A DNA stretch of 64,000 bases from Spirochaetia bacterium. GTDB lineage: Bacteria > Spirochaetota > Spirochaetia > DSM-16054 > Sediminispirochaetaceae. Numbering within the stretch: position 1 is the stretch's first letter; each line of letters opens with the position of its first letter. Location of the stretch: the NCBI GenBank assembly GCA_034520965.1, contig JAXHMY010000002.1, positions 320,001-384,000 on the forward strand. Direction: 5' to 3'. Shown here one piece after another: positions 1 through 10,964 of the stretch. The notes under the pieces were generated by a model, which saw only the letters and a program-made list of their open reading frames with translations, was not told where the DNA came from and made no database searches. The translations under genes were made by a program, and so were the position numbers.

Positions 1-917
1 GGGTGTGATTGTCAAAGGTATAATCTATATCGAGCTTGCTTGCCGCAAAGCGAACCAGCATGGCTACAACGGCGGAGAAGACAAAGTTGATGCCCCACAA
101 GTTCACTGCTAATTCGTATCCCAAAGGACCGATCAAGCCGAGCAGAGCGGTGAGTCCTTTTAGCAGCAAATAACTAAGAAGGTCAGGTGAAGAATATCAG
201 TCCCAAATGAAAGGTCATCGAGTCGATTGCTTCGGTTTCGGTGCTGAGCCGGCTTCCCACAGGCTTCTCTTCATGCTTCTGGTATAAGCCTGTCCGCACC
301 CCCCGGCTGCGAAGAATTTCAATTTGATCACGCTTCACCCAGCCGCGCCGAATGCCGTAGTTTATCAGAAATACGCCCCCAAAACAGGCCCATAAAAAAC
401 CTACCGCCGCAAAGGTAAGGCCAACCGTTCCGGCACCGGCAAAGCCCATGGGTTCCCAACCGTTCCCAATTGCAAAGGCCTGCCCCGGCCCCAGAACGAA
501 ACCGAGGGGCAACAGAAAGCCAAAGGAAGGAAAGAGGTTGGGAAATAGGGTCGACATAAACAAAAAGGTTATCAGCAGACCCAGCAGCGCCTGCAGAGCG
601 TATTGGGAAAGAACCGCTACCGAGGTGGCAAAAATTGCAGGATTGCCCTGTGCTTCTCTTGGGGGTGGCTTTCGCAGAGTCATGGCAATAAACGAAACAT
701 TCAACAAATGGTAGACCATCTCACCAAAGCGAACCGTTGTCAACTGCAGTGTGGAAAACACAAAGTTGTACATGATCAGCAGAATAAAACCTGCTGTCAG
801 GGCGTTGGGAATTAAATATTTTTGGAAAAAAGGTACCCTAGACCGAATGAAGGTCGACAGCAACAATGCTATGGAGATAATACCAAAATCAAGAATCAAG
901 CCCCAAGAAAAGTCCAT
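1..917 (-). CDS. Sodium/glutamate symporter (GltS/ESS family), 3' partial, frameshift near 183
   Basis: Hydrophobic ORF with FFQKYLIPNALTAG and GFVLGPGQAFAIG motifs; ATG at 917 with GGAGG RBS; hydrophobic coding continues in another frame to the window edge. Confidence 0.75.
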
Positions 918-1212
918 ACGCACCTCCACTCGGAAGTACTGTAATACATCTTATCGGATAATGCAACCTGCTTCTATCATCGGCCTCCTTTAGCTGAACA
1001 GCCTCTTTCTCTTCTCCTAGGGCCTCCATATCGAGCAAAATAATTACCTGGGAATCTATCTTCCCGAGGCCCGACACATACATTTTTTTGGCCTCCCTGT
1101 TCTGGGAAAATGTCAAACTCGAAATATATAGTATAGTGGTTCTGTTCAACTCATAAGAAAATACTTTGACTGAACATGAGAACAAGTTGTATGTTAAAGA
1201 TAGGAGGATGAT

Positions 1213-1563
1213 ATGGCTGGTCATGAAATTGAATCTTATTCCTTTGGAAAAATGAAGGTCGACGGCCGGGAATATACACAGGACCTCATTTTGTACCCAG
1301 AAACGATTGAATCTTCATGGTACCGAAAGGAAGGCCATACTCTATCGATTGACGACATCCCCCGAATTATTGAGCAGAAACCGGATGTGCTGGTGGTCGG
1401 CACCGGTACCTCGGAAATGCTGCATATACCGGAGGCCACTACTCAAAAACTATTAGAACTCGGCATAGAAATTGTAGCCGCGCCTACCGTCCGAGCAATA
1501 AAATATTACAATCGATTAAAAACTAAAAAGCACACCATTGGGGCCTTTCACCTTACCTGTTGA
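1213..1563 (+). CDS. Mth938-like (DUF498/598) domain protein
   Basis: IESYSFGKMKVDG, PDVLVVGTG and GAFHLTC motifs; AGGAGG RBS. Confidence 0.85.
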   Translation: MAGHEIESYSFGKMKVDGREYTQDLILYPETIESSWYRKEGHTLSIDDIPRIIEQKPDVLVVGTGTSEMLHIPEATTQKLLELGIEIVAAPTVRAIKYYNRLKTKKHTIGAFHLTC

Positions 1564-2953
1564 TTTTCCCCATTGCATTGAACTGCTGTTCGACATGCTT
1601 CACAATTAAACTCCGAATAGTTCGTTCTGAATTGGGTTGCTTACGTGTGCGTAAATCCGATAAAGACAGGGGGTCTCCCACTTGCAGGCTCACCTGACAC
1701 GAGCGCGGTTGCCTGCGTTGTCCAATTGTACCTCCCTGCATTCGGTTTGCCCCATCCAACAAGTTCAACAGATATTCAATATGGCGGTTCGTATCCTGAC
1801 TGTTCAGAGCATACTCGGGGTGCAAATAAGCCAATAGATCAACCACTTCCAAATGGCGGGCATACAATTCGGATTCAACGGCGAGATACTCATTCAAAGA
1901 GGCATCCAGAGGTGACTCTTGTGAATCAGCCGCCTCCCCCTGCACAAAAATTCGGTTCCAACCTGCCAGCCGCACAATGTATATCCGTGGAGTAAAACCC
2001 TTCGGGTGGTGCTGAATGCCGTAATGCCGTTCCTGCATACGCAGCAGTGCCTCTACTAAGCCCTCTACCCGACGCCGGCTGCACTCCCAGCTTCCGCCCC
2101 CGCCCTTCGCGGCTTCCTCCTTGTGTACCGATATCCCATAATACTGCGTATAAAACTGCTCGATTTTTGAAAATAAAGCTGCCCCCAGACTGGCTAATAC
2201 CGGTTGAACATTGTGCGGCAGGGTGTCGCCGGATAGGATATCCATTCCCGTCTCAGTCTGCAGCTCATGGATCAATGAGAGCAGGACTTTTCTCTTTTCC
2301 TGCTCAGTCTTCCCGTACTGATAGTATTGGGAGATCGGCAGTATCCGGACATCCTGATCAAGGCCTTGCTGCTGAAGATCCTTCTGAGCCCACAGGCATA
2401 GTTGGGCAAATCCCGGCTCAAGCTCATACACAATTTGGTTGTGGTAGGTTACCTGCCCCTCCGGGGCGAGGGCAATGGGGTACTTTCCCTGCAGCATGTA
2501 AGAGCGAACCACATCAAGCCCGTTGCGATCCAGTTTGCGGTGGTGAACAGGGATGCCTCCCAGCCGGGAGAACAGCCACTCCAGATGCTTTCCGCCCCAC
2601 ACCGGCACCCCTCTTCCATATAGAAAGTGGGCATGGGGGCGCTTTACGAGTCGAACTTGTTGGGCACGGGCATAACTTGGAAGCAGATTGTTAAGCGTAT
2701 AAAAGAGTACCTGCGCATCATGTACGTGCACATGGCGAAACACAATTATGAGCTTACTTGAGCCTCCGGCAAACTGCTGATATTCCTGGAGTAGTGTGTC
2801 CATATGCTCAGGGCGGTGAATACGCAGCCCCAATACCAGCTTCACGTACAATGGCCCAAGGCTTCGGGCAAGATGCAACACCAGGGGGTTCAGTCGGGGC
2901 GCTACGAACTTGAGTTTATCTCTTACCCCCTCAAGCTTCACTTTCACACTCAT
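1553..2953 (-). CDS. PlsC-family (glycerol-phosphate/lysophospholipid) acyltransferase
   Basis: FRHxxxxD and LAPEG acyltransferase motifs; ATG 2953 preceded by TATAGT 7 nt upstream. Confidence 0.75.
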   Translation of the reverse strand: MSVKVKLEGVRDKLKFVAPRLNPLVLHLARSLGPLYVKLVLGLRIHRPEHMDTLLQEYQQFAGGSSKLIIVFRHVHVHDAQVLFYTLNNLLPSYARAQQVRLVKRPHAHFLYGRGVPVWGGKHLEWLFSRLGGIPVHHRKLDRNGLDVVRSYMLQGKYPIALAPEGQVTYHNQIVYELEPGFAQLCLWAQKDLQQQGLDQDVRILPISQYYQYGKTEQEKRKVLLSLIHELQTETGMDILSGDTLPHNVQPVLASLGAALFSKIEQFYTQYYGISVHKEEAAKGGGGSWECSRRRVEGLVEALLRMQERHYGIQHHPKGFTPRIYIVRLAGWNRIFVQGEAADSQESPLDASLNEYLAVESELYARHLEVVDLLAYLHPEYALNSQDTNRHIEYLLNLLDGANRMQGGTIGQRRQPRSCQVSLQVGDPLSLSDLRTRKQPNSERTIRSLIVKHVEQQFNAMGKINR

Positions 2954-3047
2954 GGCTGTCACTATACATGAATTAAGAGCTTTTGTGAAAGGACCCTGCC
3001 GAAACTGCGCAACTTTGCTTTGCTTAGAAGGTTCGACAGGGCAGGTA

Positions 3048-4234
3048 TTAAGCTTTCAGCTTCCTTAAAAAATACTCCCGTGATGGACGGTCGGATGATA
3101 ATGCTGCAGTTATATGCTTCCATCGCTGGACATATGCAAAATAATTCTCAGCACTACTAGCTCTGGATTTTGCCTCATCAATTATCTCCTGCGGAGTTTG
3201 TGAAAAGTCGGAGTTTTTAGGGTACTTTGATTTTTGCGAAGCGCTTCGGCTGCGTCCGCCTCAAGACGTGGTGAAAAGAATTCTCCCGGGTAAGGCTTAA
3301 AAGTTTTCTCTGAGAGGGTCTGTACATCATCACGCAGACTAGAAAGCTCGATTTTCCGCTTCTCATAGAAGAAGCGAATTACATCTTCACGAAGCTTATT
3401 AGTGGGATTACAGGGCGGTGGATAATGGTAGATAATGAGCTCTTTATCAAGTTGCCAGCGGTATCCGTACATCATCGAATTAATGAGATAATCAATATCT
3501 TCTCCGCGAGTAATAGCTGGATCAAAGGGAACATTCTTAAGGAGCTCGCGGCTAAACACCATGTTGCCGCCTAAGGTGATTGAGGTATCCACCACTCTCC
3601 CCTCTCTCTTATCAAACAGATCGTAAGAATCATTCTGTAATACATGCTTCCGATCGAAAAGATTTACAGCCGCGCGGGCATTTTGAGGTTCCTGCACACG
3701 ATAACTACCCCACTCGTAAAAATAGCGGCCGGCAATCCCATCGATAGGTCGGCCATTTACTTCTTTTCCTATAAACTCAACGGCCTTATCAGCAAAATCC
3801 GGGTCCACCAGCTCATCATCATCAATCGCGGCAACCACTTCGGAGTTCAGCAGCAGCGGTACCAGCAACTGGCAGTTTCTGATGGAAGAGTATCCATCCA
3901 GACTGATATCCCGCTGATTCAGCCCATACAGCTTGAGTCGAGTGCGAATAAACTCCAGATCGTTTGCGGCAAACTGCAGTATCGGATACTGCTCTTTGAA
4001 TGGCTCAATAAGGTCGGCAACTTTCTTCTCTACCGTCTCATCGAGCTCATGATGAACTGTGGCTGTCACTACCACAACTTGAATATCAGCGGTAACCCGT
4101 TTAATGCTTTCCAGGGTTTTGGTAAGGGTATCAATTCCATCCAGCGGGGTAGGATGGTCAAACACCAGATCTTCACGATTTGATGGTGCTCCGATAGGTC
4201 GTGTCCAGTAAGTAGGTATAACAACTGTCAGCAT
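3048..4234 (-). CDS. GT-A fold glycosyltransferase-like protein (frameshift near 3200)
   Basis: VVIPTY start, IDDDE (DxD), GGNMVF and RGEDIDY motifs; C-terminus continues in another frame to TAA at 3048. Confidence 0.65.
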
Positions 4235-6512
4235 TAGAGAGGCTCCTGTTGTGTGTTTTTTTCTAGTATAAGATAGCTTTTCAGCTGCCGGGCTACTCCG
4301 GCGGGATTGCTAAGTGATGGGGCGGTGAGGCCGAGGGCTTCGCACTCCCCCTGGTGTGAGGTTGTAATGGAGGCTGAAGCGCCTCCGTCAAAGTTAATTA
4401 AAAATTCAAAGGTATCCGACTCTCCTAATGAAATACTGTGCAATTCGGACGGCCTCCGTAAAAGTAGCCCCCTTCGATGAACGTGTTCTACCTGCAAGAC
4501 TTATTAATAACACTTTTCCGGATACAGCTTTGCCCAGCATTGAGCGAGGTTGTGGAACGAACGGATCCAACTGGGTTTCCTGAGTTTCGGATGATTGAAT
4601 CCCATTCCACCCCTCACGTTCTAAAGACGCGACTCCCTGCTGAGGACTTGGATAGAAATTTTTACCCTTATCTACTAGTAGATTGAATCCGCCAACCAGC
4701 CACTCAAGATTCTCTTTCGGCAGCGGTAGTCCATCCAACAAGACATTCCAACGGAAGGAAGTCTTGTATAGAGAAAGATTCTCCTCTAAAACGACCACCG
4801 ATCCGAGAGGCGGAATACGGCAGGGGCCGGGTTGCAGACAGACCAGTTGGTCCTGTACCAGCACCAGGCAATGAAAGCCTCTACCGACCCAGAGTTCATG
4901 ATAAGAAGGCAGATAGAGCCCGGGACCTCCGTCTTGAGGGTTAATCTGTGCTGATGAAAAATCTAACTTATGATCCCACGTTCCATCCAAAGCAGTGATG
5001 GTTAGAGAAGCCTGTCGAAGCGGGTAGTAGCCGGCACACAGTTCTCCGCCGGTTCCGGCTCCAAGCATGGCTTTTTGATACAAGGGAATGGTTTCGTGCC
5101 ACTGTCCCGACCGGTTCATACCGATATAATCTATCAGGAGGTCCATATAGGGTATCTGCTGTGCAGAAGGAACCTGTTGGTTGTAAAGGGATCTCAAGTT
5201 CTCGGTAAAGTAATAGTTAAACGAGGTGTAGAGGGCATCTCCCTTGCCTCCATCCGGACAAATAGAGGCTCGCTGGGTAAGAAGCGCCGGCCTAAACTTC
5301 ACAGACTTCTCCTGCGCAGCAACGGCACTAACTTAAAATGGCCCCATCGGCACCAGCGACTGAGGGCTGTACCATTCCTTCATTAAGTGAAACATAGCTA
5401 TTCACCACTTGATGCCAGCCTATATCCTGCAGTTGTTTCTGTTGCCGCTGAAGTCTATCAGAAAGGTTTTCCACAGGATCACCCTTCAGAAACCGGTAAA
5501 GCGAAAGTGAATTATACTGCACCCCCGACACATCAACCTGAGAAGGAAATGGATGTTCCTGAAAAGCGGCAACTGTGTGCCCGCTCTTCGGCTCTGTCGG
5601 CTGCAGCATTTCTTTATATGATGATTCATACAGGGGAGAGGCCTGAGTAGGTACAGCGGTGTCATAGGCGGATTGAAATAAGCCGCGAGAGAACCACTCG
5701 CTATTATCAATAAAGAAACAGAACCCTCCTACACAACGGAACACCTGCAGGTAGATCCAAATGTTACTTATACATATTAGCTGATCCGCACCTTTCTCTA
5801 CTAAGTCATTGATATCGTTTTCTTCAAGAACAAAGGGAAGCGCTTCTGTAATATAAATCTCTCTGCTGCCCCAAGACCGGGCTGAGAGGAATTGCTCGAC
5901 CTGTTTTGCGGTAACTCCTACCTCTGTATCATCTATAGTGCAGGCAATTTCGATTTCTGCTGCAGACTGCTGTAAAAGCATATATAGTTCGCCCGCGAAA
6001 CGATGGGACGAGCCGGGTATGAACAGAATTCGATTCGCCCTCTGTAAAGCCTCTGTAAAACCGGGCATTACACACACTGTGTTTCCAGGATACAGAGCCT
6101 GTAGTTTACTTTGTATGGAGCTGTGCCCGTTGTTCAATCGGTCTTTTTGAACATATCCTTCAGCAGCTTGCGTTGTATTGAAACTGTGGAAAGGGGGCTC
6201 CGGAACCCCCTTTCCTAACGCGGTTTTTCTAAGCCGCCGTAAATCGCGCAGAATTCGAGCCGGCGTGAATGTATCGATATCCGGGCTGCGCAAAAAAAAG
6301 TCCAGTAGCTGCCGACGATACTCTTCCACTATGGTTGGTTCGTTTATCCCTACCCTTCTGTCCACAGAGCGGTCAATACACCGATCAATTACGATCGACT
6401 TTTTAGGGAGCTGATCAAAAACGAGATAAAACTCTTCAGCCACAAACCTGTGGTACCAGCGGGTTCCCTTTAGCTCTCCGAATCGGAAAGGCCCGCCCCG
6501 GAGGGAGCTCAT
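4234..6512 (-). CDS. Large protein with C-terminal phosphodiester glycosidase (NAGPA/DUF2233-like) domain, split by two frameshifts
   Basis: ORFs 5328-6512, 4406-5302 and 4234-4497 are collinear; QPRSMLG, LAGRT..SKGATF and NFDGGASAS motifs. Confidence 0.6.
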
Positions 6513-7330
6513 TCTTTCAGTCCTCCAGACATAATCCCACCGATAATTTGCCGTTGAAGGAACATCACTACAGCAATTAAAGGAACGATAATCACCACCG
6601 AGGCTGCCATCAATGGCCCCCAGGGAATATAGTTGTCCGCCTCATAGAGCTTCAGACCTACAGTGACCGTTTTTACCCGAATAGGGTTCATTACCAATGC
6701 AAACAGGTACTCGTTCCAGGCTTGTATAAAGGCGAGGATACCTACTGTGAACACCCCCGGAGCTACAATCGGCATAATGATGGTAGTGTAGCATTGAAAG
6801 GGTGACGCGCCGTCGATAGATGCTGAATCTTCAAGTTCGGTAGGAACTGAATTAAAATAGGGAGTTAAAAACCAAACCGATAGGGTAAGGCAGAATAGCA
6901 TATTGACTATTATCAATCCGCCGTGACTATTAAGCAGGCTCAGAGCGCGCATGATGTTATAGATTGGGCTTATGATTACAATAGGCGGAAGCAGTGAAAT
7001 GGACAGAATCAGCAACAGCAAGGGCTTTTTACCCCGGATGTTAGTGCGGGCAATGGCGTAGGCCGTCATGCTACCGAACAGCAGGGCTAACAAGGTTGCA
7101 AACCCGGCAATTATCAGACTGTTCATAAGAAATGAGAACAGAGGCTGCCGGCTGAAAGCTGCCGCATAATTTGCCCATGTTGGTACTTCGGGCAGCCATT
7201 TAATGTCGAAAATTTCTCTTTCCGGTTTAAATGAGTTCGAAAGCTGCCAGAAAAACGGGAACCCTATCAGAACTATAAAAAACGTCAAAAAAGCATAAAA
7301 TATTACTCGATCAATTTTTCTTTCAATCAT
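6509..7330 (-). CDS. Carbohydrate ABC transporter permease (MalG-like)
   Basis: EAA-like loop ELEDSASIDGAS; AWNEYLFA. Confidence 0.92.
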   Translation of the reverse strand: MIERKIDRVIFYAFLTFFIVLIGFPFFWQLSNSFKPEREIFDIKWLPEVPTWANYAAAFSRQPLFSFLMNSLIIAGFATLLALLFGSMTAYAIARTNIRGKKPLLLLILSISLLPPIVIISPIYNIMRALSLLNSHGGLIIVNMLFCLTLSVWFLTPYFNSVPTELEDSASIDGASPFQCYTTIIMPIVAPGVFTVGILAFIQAWNEYLFALVMNPIRVKTVTVGLKLYEADNYIPWGPLMAASVVIIVPLIAVVMFLQRQIIGGIMSGGLKE

Positions 7331-7344
7331 TGGTATCTTTCCCG

Positions 7345-8218
7345 CTAAGTGTTAATCTTGCTTTGAATTACCGGCAGAAACATAAGTGCAATGAGAACCG
7401 TTCGAAGAAAAGGTCACTGTTGCCAGAGCGGAACCGTATCCGTAGTTACCGGCGTCGAAATACGTCCGAAGGGTGTACAAAGTAAGCGACTCTGTGCTGT
7501 TCGCCGGTCCACCATTGGTTAGAGCTACAATAATGGTATAGACCTTGAAGGATTGAATTAGTCGGAACAGAGTGGCCGTGGCAAGTATAGGTATCAAAGC
7601 CGGAAAAATAATGGAAAAATAGCGCTGAACAGCATTAGCTCCATCAATTGAAGCCGCCTCTAACTGACTACGCTGTATATTCTGAAGACCGGCCAAAACT
7701 AAAAGAGATATATAGGGCGATGTCTTCCATATGTCGGCCGTCACTAAGACAGCGGTAGCAGTAGCAGGCTGACTCAACCACGGGATAAAGGAATCGATTA
7801 TACCCACGGATTCAAAAATGTGGTTTAGAATACCGTATTGATCATTTACCATAAAACGCCATATAAACCCGCTGACAATTGTGGGAATGGCCCAAGGAAT
7901 CAAAACCACCAAGCGTAAAAATGACCGCCCCTTATAGTTCATATTCATAAACTGGGCAAACAGTAATCCAAGTCCAACCTCAGTGGTAACGGTCAGTATG
8001 GTAAACAGAATGGTGAACCGCAGGGATGCATAGAAGCGGGGGGTCGAAAAAAGTTTATAGTAGTTACTAAACCCGATAAAGCTTTTCGCCTCTCCGAATT
8101 GGAGCCGGTATTCAAAAAAGCTTAAACCGATCGTTTTTAATACGGGATACACAGCCAGTAAAGCAAAAATCAATAAGGTTGGAGTAATGAATAAATAGCC
8201 CATTTGCTTTCGTGTCAT
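7345..8218 (-). CDS. Carbohydrate ABC transporter permease (MalF-like), frameshift near 3' end
   Basis: LEAASIDGAN EAA motif; LTNGGPANST. Confidence 0.9.
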
Positions 8219-8238
8219 AAATACCTCAATCCATTACT

Positions 8239-8262
8239 CGGGCCGCCCTTACAGGCGGCCCG
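8239..8262 (-). other. GC-rich stem-loop between SBP and permease genes (likely mRNA stabiliser/attenuator)
   Basis: cgggccgcc-cttaca-ggcggcccg inverted repeat. Confidence 0.55.
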
Positions 8263-8282
8263 AAAGTAGATGAGTAGAATTA

Positions 8283-9563
8283 TTATTCTCCGACCTTCTC
8301 GAGCGCAACCTGTGCATCCTCGAGAGCCTGATCGACACTTTTTGAACCATTCAGTGCTTTCTGAACTTCAACCTGAATGATGGAAGAAGTTTCCGCGTAG
8401 AAAGGAGTTTTGGGTCGCGGAACGGCGTTTGCCAGAATATCTTCGATCATTCCAAAGAAAGGATTGGCTGCCAGAATTTCTTCGTCGGAATAGAGTGCTG
8501 CGCGGGCGGGAAGATAAGAGTCGTTAAGTGCGTGAAGCTTCATTGCATACTCACTGGCGTAAAACTTCATAAACTTCAGTGCTTCAGCCTTGTGGGTGGA
8601 GTTTTTTGAAACAAAGAGCTGCCAGCCGCCAAGGGTGCTGTGACCCATTTCACCGCTTTTTCCGCGAGGAAGTTCTGAAACCCCTAATTTACCTGCCACA
8701 TTAGAGCTCTCGTCATTCATGGAGAGGGCGTAGGCTTTAGGCCAGGCTCGCATAAAGACCTGGTTACCTTGAAACATCAGATGCCCGTACATCACCGCTT
8801 CCGTAAGAGAGAATCCCTCGGGATACAGGTCAAGTTCGACCATTTCGCGGATAAGTGCAAGGATCTCTTTATTTTCCGGAGTATTGATTTTAATATTGCC
8901 ACTATCGTCAATTACGGTACCGCCATTCGAATAGAACCATTCAACTGCGTTACAGGTGAGCCCTTCATACTGTTTCATAGATCCGGCCATACCGTACATC
9001 TCATTTCCAGCTTCCCGTTCAGCGGTAACAATCTCAAGAGAGGTATTTTTAAGCTCTTCCCAGGTTTCGGGTACTTCTTTGTTGTACTCATTCAAGAGGT
9101 CCTTCCGGTAATACAGAACACCGGCATCGGTTCTGAAAGGAATACCCCATACTTTTCCATTATAGGAGGCCGCATCAATTGTACTCGGCAAAAAAGCGGA
9201 GCGTTCGGAGGCGGGAAAATCTTTTTCAACATCATCAATCAGACCGGAGGATGCAAACAAGGGGGTCCAGGTTACATCAGCGTTAAAAAAGTCGATAGAA
9301 TCATCGCCGCTGCGCAGTGCAATTAGCAGGGCCTGCAATTTATCGCTGGTATTTTCCGGAAGTTCGATAAGATTAATACTGATATTCGGGTTCTCTTCCT
9401 GAAAAGCTTCGATGATTTGTTCCTGTGTACTATTGAAAGTGGATGCATGGGCGTACCAATTCAGTTCGACAGGTCCATCGGCTTCCTGCTCTCCTCCGGC
9501 AAAAATTGTAAAGGGAAGGATCAGAAACAAGACGAGGATTGTAGAAAAATAGTGTTTTTTCAT
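8283..9563 (-). CDS. Sugar ABC transporter substrate-binding protein (trehalose/maltose-type CUT1)
   Basis: Signal peptide; YEGLTCN, TLGGWQL and AVPRPKTPFY motifs; AAGGAG RBS before ATG 9563. Confidence 0.9.
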   Translation of the reverse strand: MKKHYFSTILVLFLILPFTIFAGGEQEADGPVELNWYAHASTFNSTQEQIIEAFQEENPNISINLIELPENTSDKLQALLIALRSGDDSIDFFNADVTWTPLFASSGLIDDVEKDFPASERSAFLPSTIDAASYNGKVWGIPFRTDAGVLYYRKDLLNEYNKEVPETWEELKNTSLEIVTAEREAGNEMYGMAGSMKQYEGLTCNAVEWFYSNGGTVIDDSGNIKINTPENKEILALIREMVELDLYPEGFSLTEAVMYGHLMFQGNQVFMRAWPKAYALSMNDESSNVAGKLGVSELPRGKSGEMGHSTLGGWQLFVSKNSTHKAEALKFMKFYASEYAMKLHALNDSYLPARAALYSDEEILAANPFFGMIEDILANAVPRPKTPFYAETSSIIQVEVQKALNGSKSVDQALEDAQVALEKVGE

Positions 9564-9586
9564 ACATGGACTCCTTTTAATAAAAT

Positions 9587-9686
9587 TATGCAGTTTACTG
9601 CGTATTTGATATGTTAAACGCAAATTATTACGTTGTCAATCTAATTTACGCAAGTTATTGATTATCTAACACAAATATATTATGAT
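9587..9686. promoter_or_regulatory. Divergent promoter region with TGCGT/ACGCA repeats (candidate operator)
   Basis: TTGATT-17-TATGAT (9658-9686) for the regulator; repeated tgcgt/acgca boxes at about 9599, 9618 and 9648. Confidence 0.45.
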
Positions 9687-9692
9687 GACTGT

Positions 9693-10919
9693 ATGACGAA
9701 TAATGGTATACATATCGCAAACAGCATTAGAGAACAGCGTATCAAGGCAAAATTATCCCAAACGGCGGTGGCCCAAGCCCTCGACACTCCTCTACGCACC
9801 TACCAGGGCTGGGAAAAGGAGTTTACCTCTTCTATACAAAATCTGCTGAAAATTTGTTCATTCTTTGATGTGCCGATAGAAACCTTTGTTGCCCCTTCCT
9901 ATCGCACCACCGATTCGCAGGAAGACAGTGCTGCTCAATGCAATCCACTACCGGGCTTCAAGATTAAGATATTCCGCATGGCCATGGAGGGGGCTGAAAA
10001 TGAAGAGATTTTTACCTGGTTCAGTAAAATCTATCCCGAAAAAGCCGCAGCTATTACCGACAGAGACCAATTTATAGAAAACTGCTTTCTTGATATATAC
10101 CATTGCAAACCGGAGTTGTTGCAAAATTACCATTTTCACCGTGAAAAGGAAAAGGAACATGCGATAGCTAAGCGGTTTTCCTTGCCGCCGGAGCAAATCA
10201 TTGTGGTGCACTCCGGCCATATTGCCCACGAGGTAATACGCGAGATGATTATAGCTCCATTTGGAGCTCAATGGATCGTAAAGTGGACTACAGAGAAGCC
10301 CGGCCTACGGATCGGTATCTCTAACGGCTTTACCATTGCAAGGATCCTGGATGGAGTGCAGCGCGGCTGTATTGAAAACATGGTCCTCTTCCCTCTCAAC
10401 TTTACCAGTACCCAGGTCGATTTTCCTATTTCCTCTACCGCATTAATCTCCTCATTTCTCTACCGATTTGCCGGTTATGGAGTTACCACCGATACAGTGA
10501 ACGAAGAGCAGGTATACAGCTCGATGCTGCTGGCCGACGCAGCTTTTCTGGGCATTGGTACTTTTTCCACCGAGGGACTCTACGAACGAATGATCCGTTC
10601 GGTATTAGGCCATTCGGTTGTGGCGGATATGCGCACGCAAGGAGTTATCGGAGACTTTAACTATCATCTGTTTGATGCTTCCGGTAATGAGGTGGTTTTT
10701 CCCGAAGTGGTTGCCGATGTAGGTAATTTTGACCAAAAAGCCTTAGTAAAGTCAATCGGACTGGAACAGTTAAAGCAGAAGGCCGACCGCGGGGGGCGGA
10801 TCGTCATTGCCGGTACAGGCGAACACAAAACAGACTCAATTGCTGTTGCATTGAAAAACGGCTACGCCAACCACCTTATTACCGACGAGTCGATTGCCGA
10901 CCAGCTGTTGCGTACATAA
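9693..10919 (+). CDS. Transcriptional regulator: N-terminal XRE HTH plus SorC/DeoR-type sugar-binding domain
   Basis: LSQTAVAQALDTPLRTYQGWE HTH; AFLGIG, GVIGD and NHLITDE..A..LL motifs. Confidence 0.8.
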   Translation: MTNNGIHIANSIREQRIKAKLSQTAVAQALDTPLRTYQGWEKEFTSSIQNLLKICSFFDVPIETFVAPSYRTTDSQEDSAAQCNPLPGFKIKIFRMAMEGAENEEIFTWFSKIYPEKAAAITDRDQFIENCFLDIYHCKPELLQNYHFHREKEKEHAIAKRFSLPPEQIIVVHSGHIAHEVIREMIIAPFGAQWIVKWTTEKPGLRIGISNGFTIARILDGVQRGCIENMVLFPLNFTSTQVDFPISSTALISSFLYRFAGYGVTTDTVNEEQVYSSMLLADAAFLGIGTFSTEGLYERMIRSVLGHSVVADMRTQGVIGDFNYHLFDASGNEVVFPEVVADVGNFDQKALVKSIGLEQLKQKADRGGRIVIAGTGEHKTDSIAVALKNGYANHLITDESIADQLLRT

Positions 10920-10964
10920 AGCGTTCATTCCTTTTTAAGCTGCTTTGATTTATAATACGAATAT

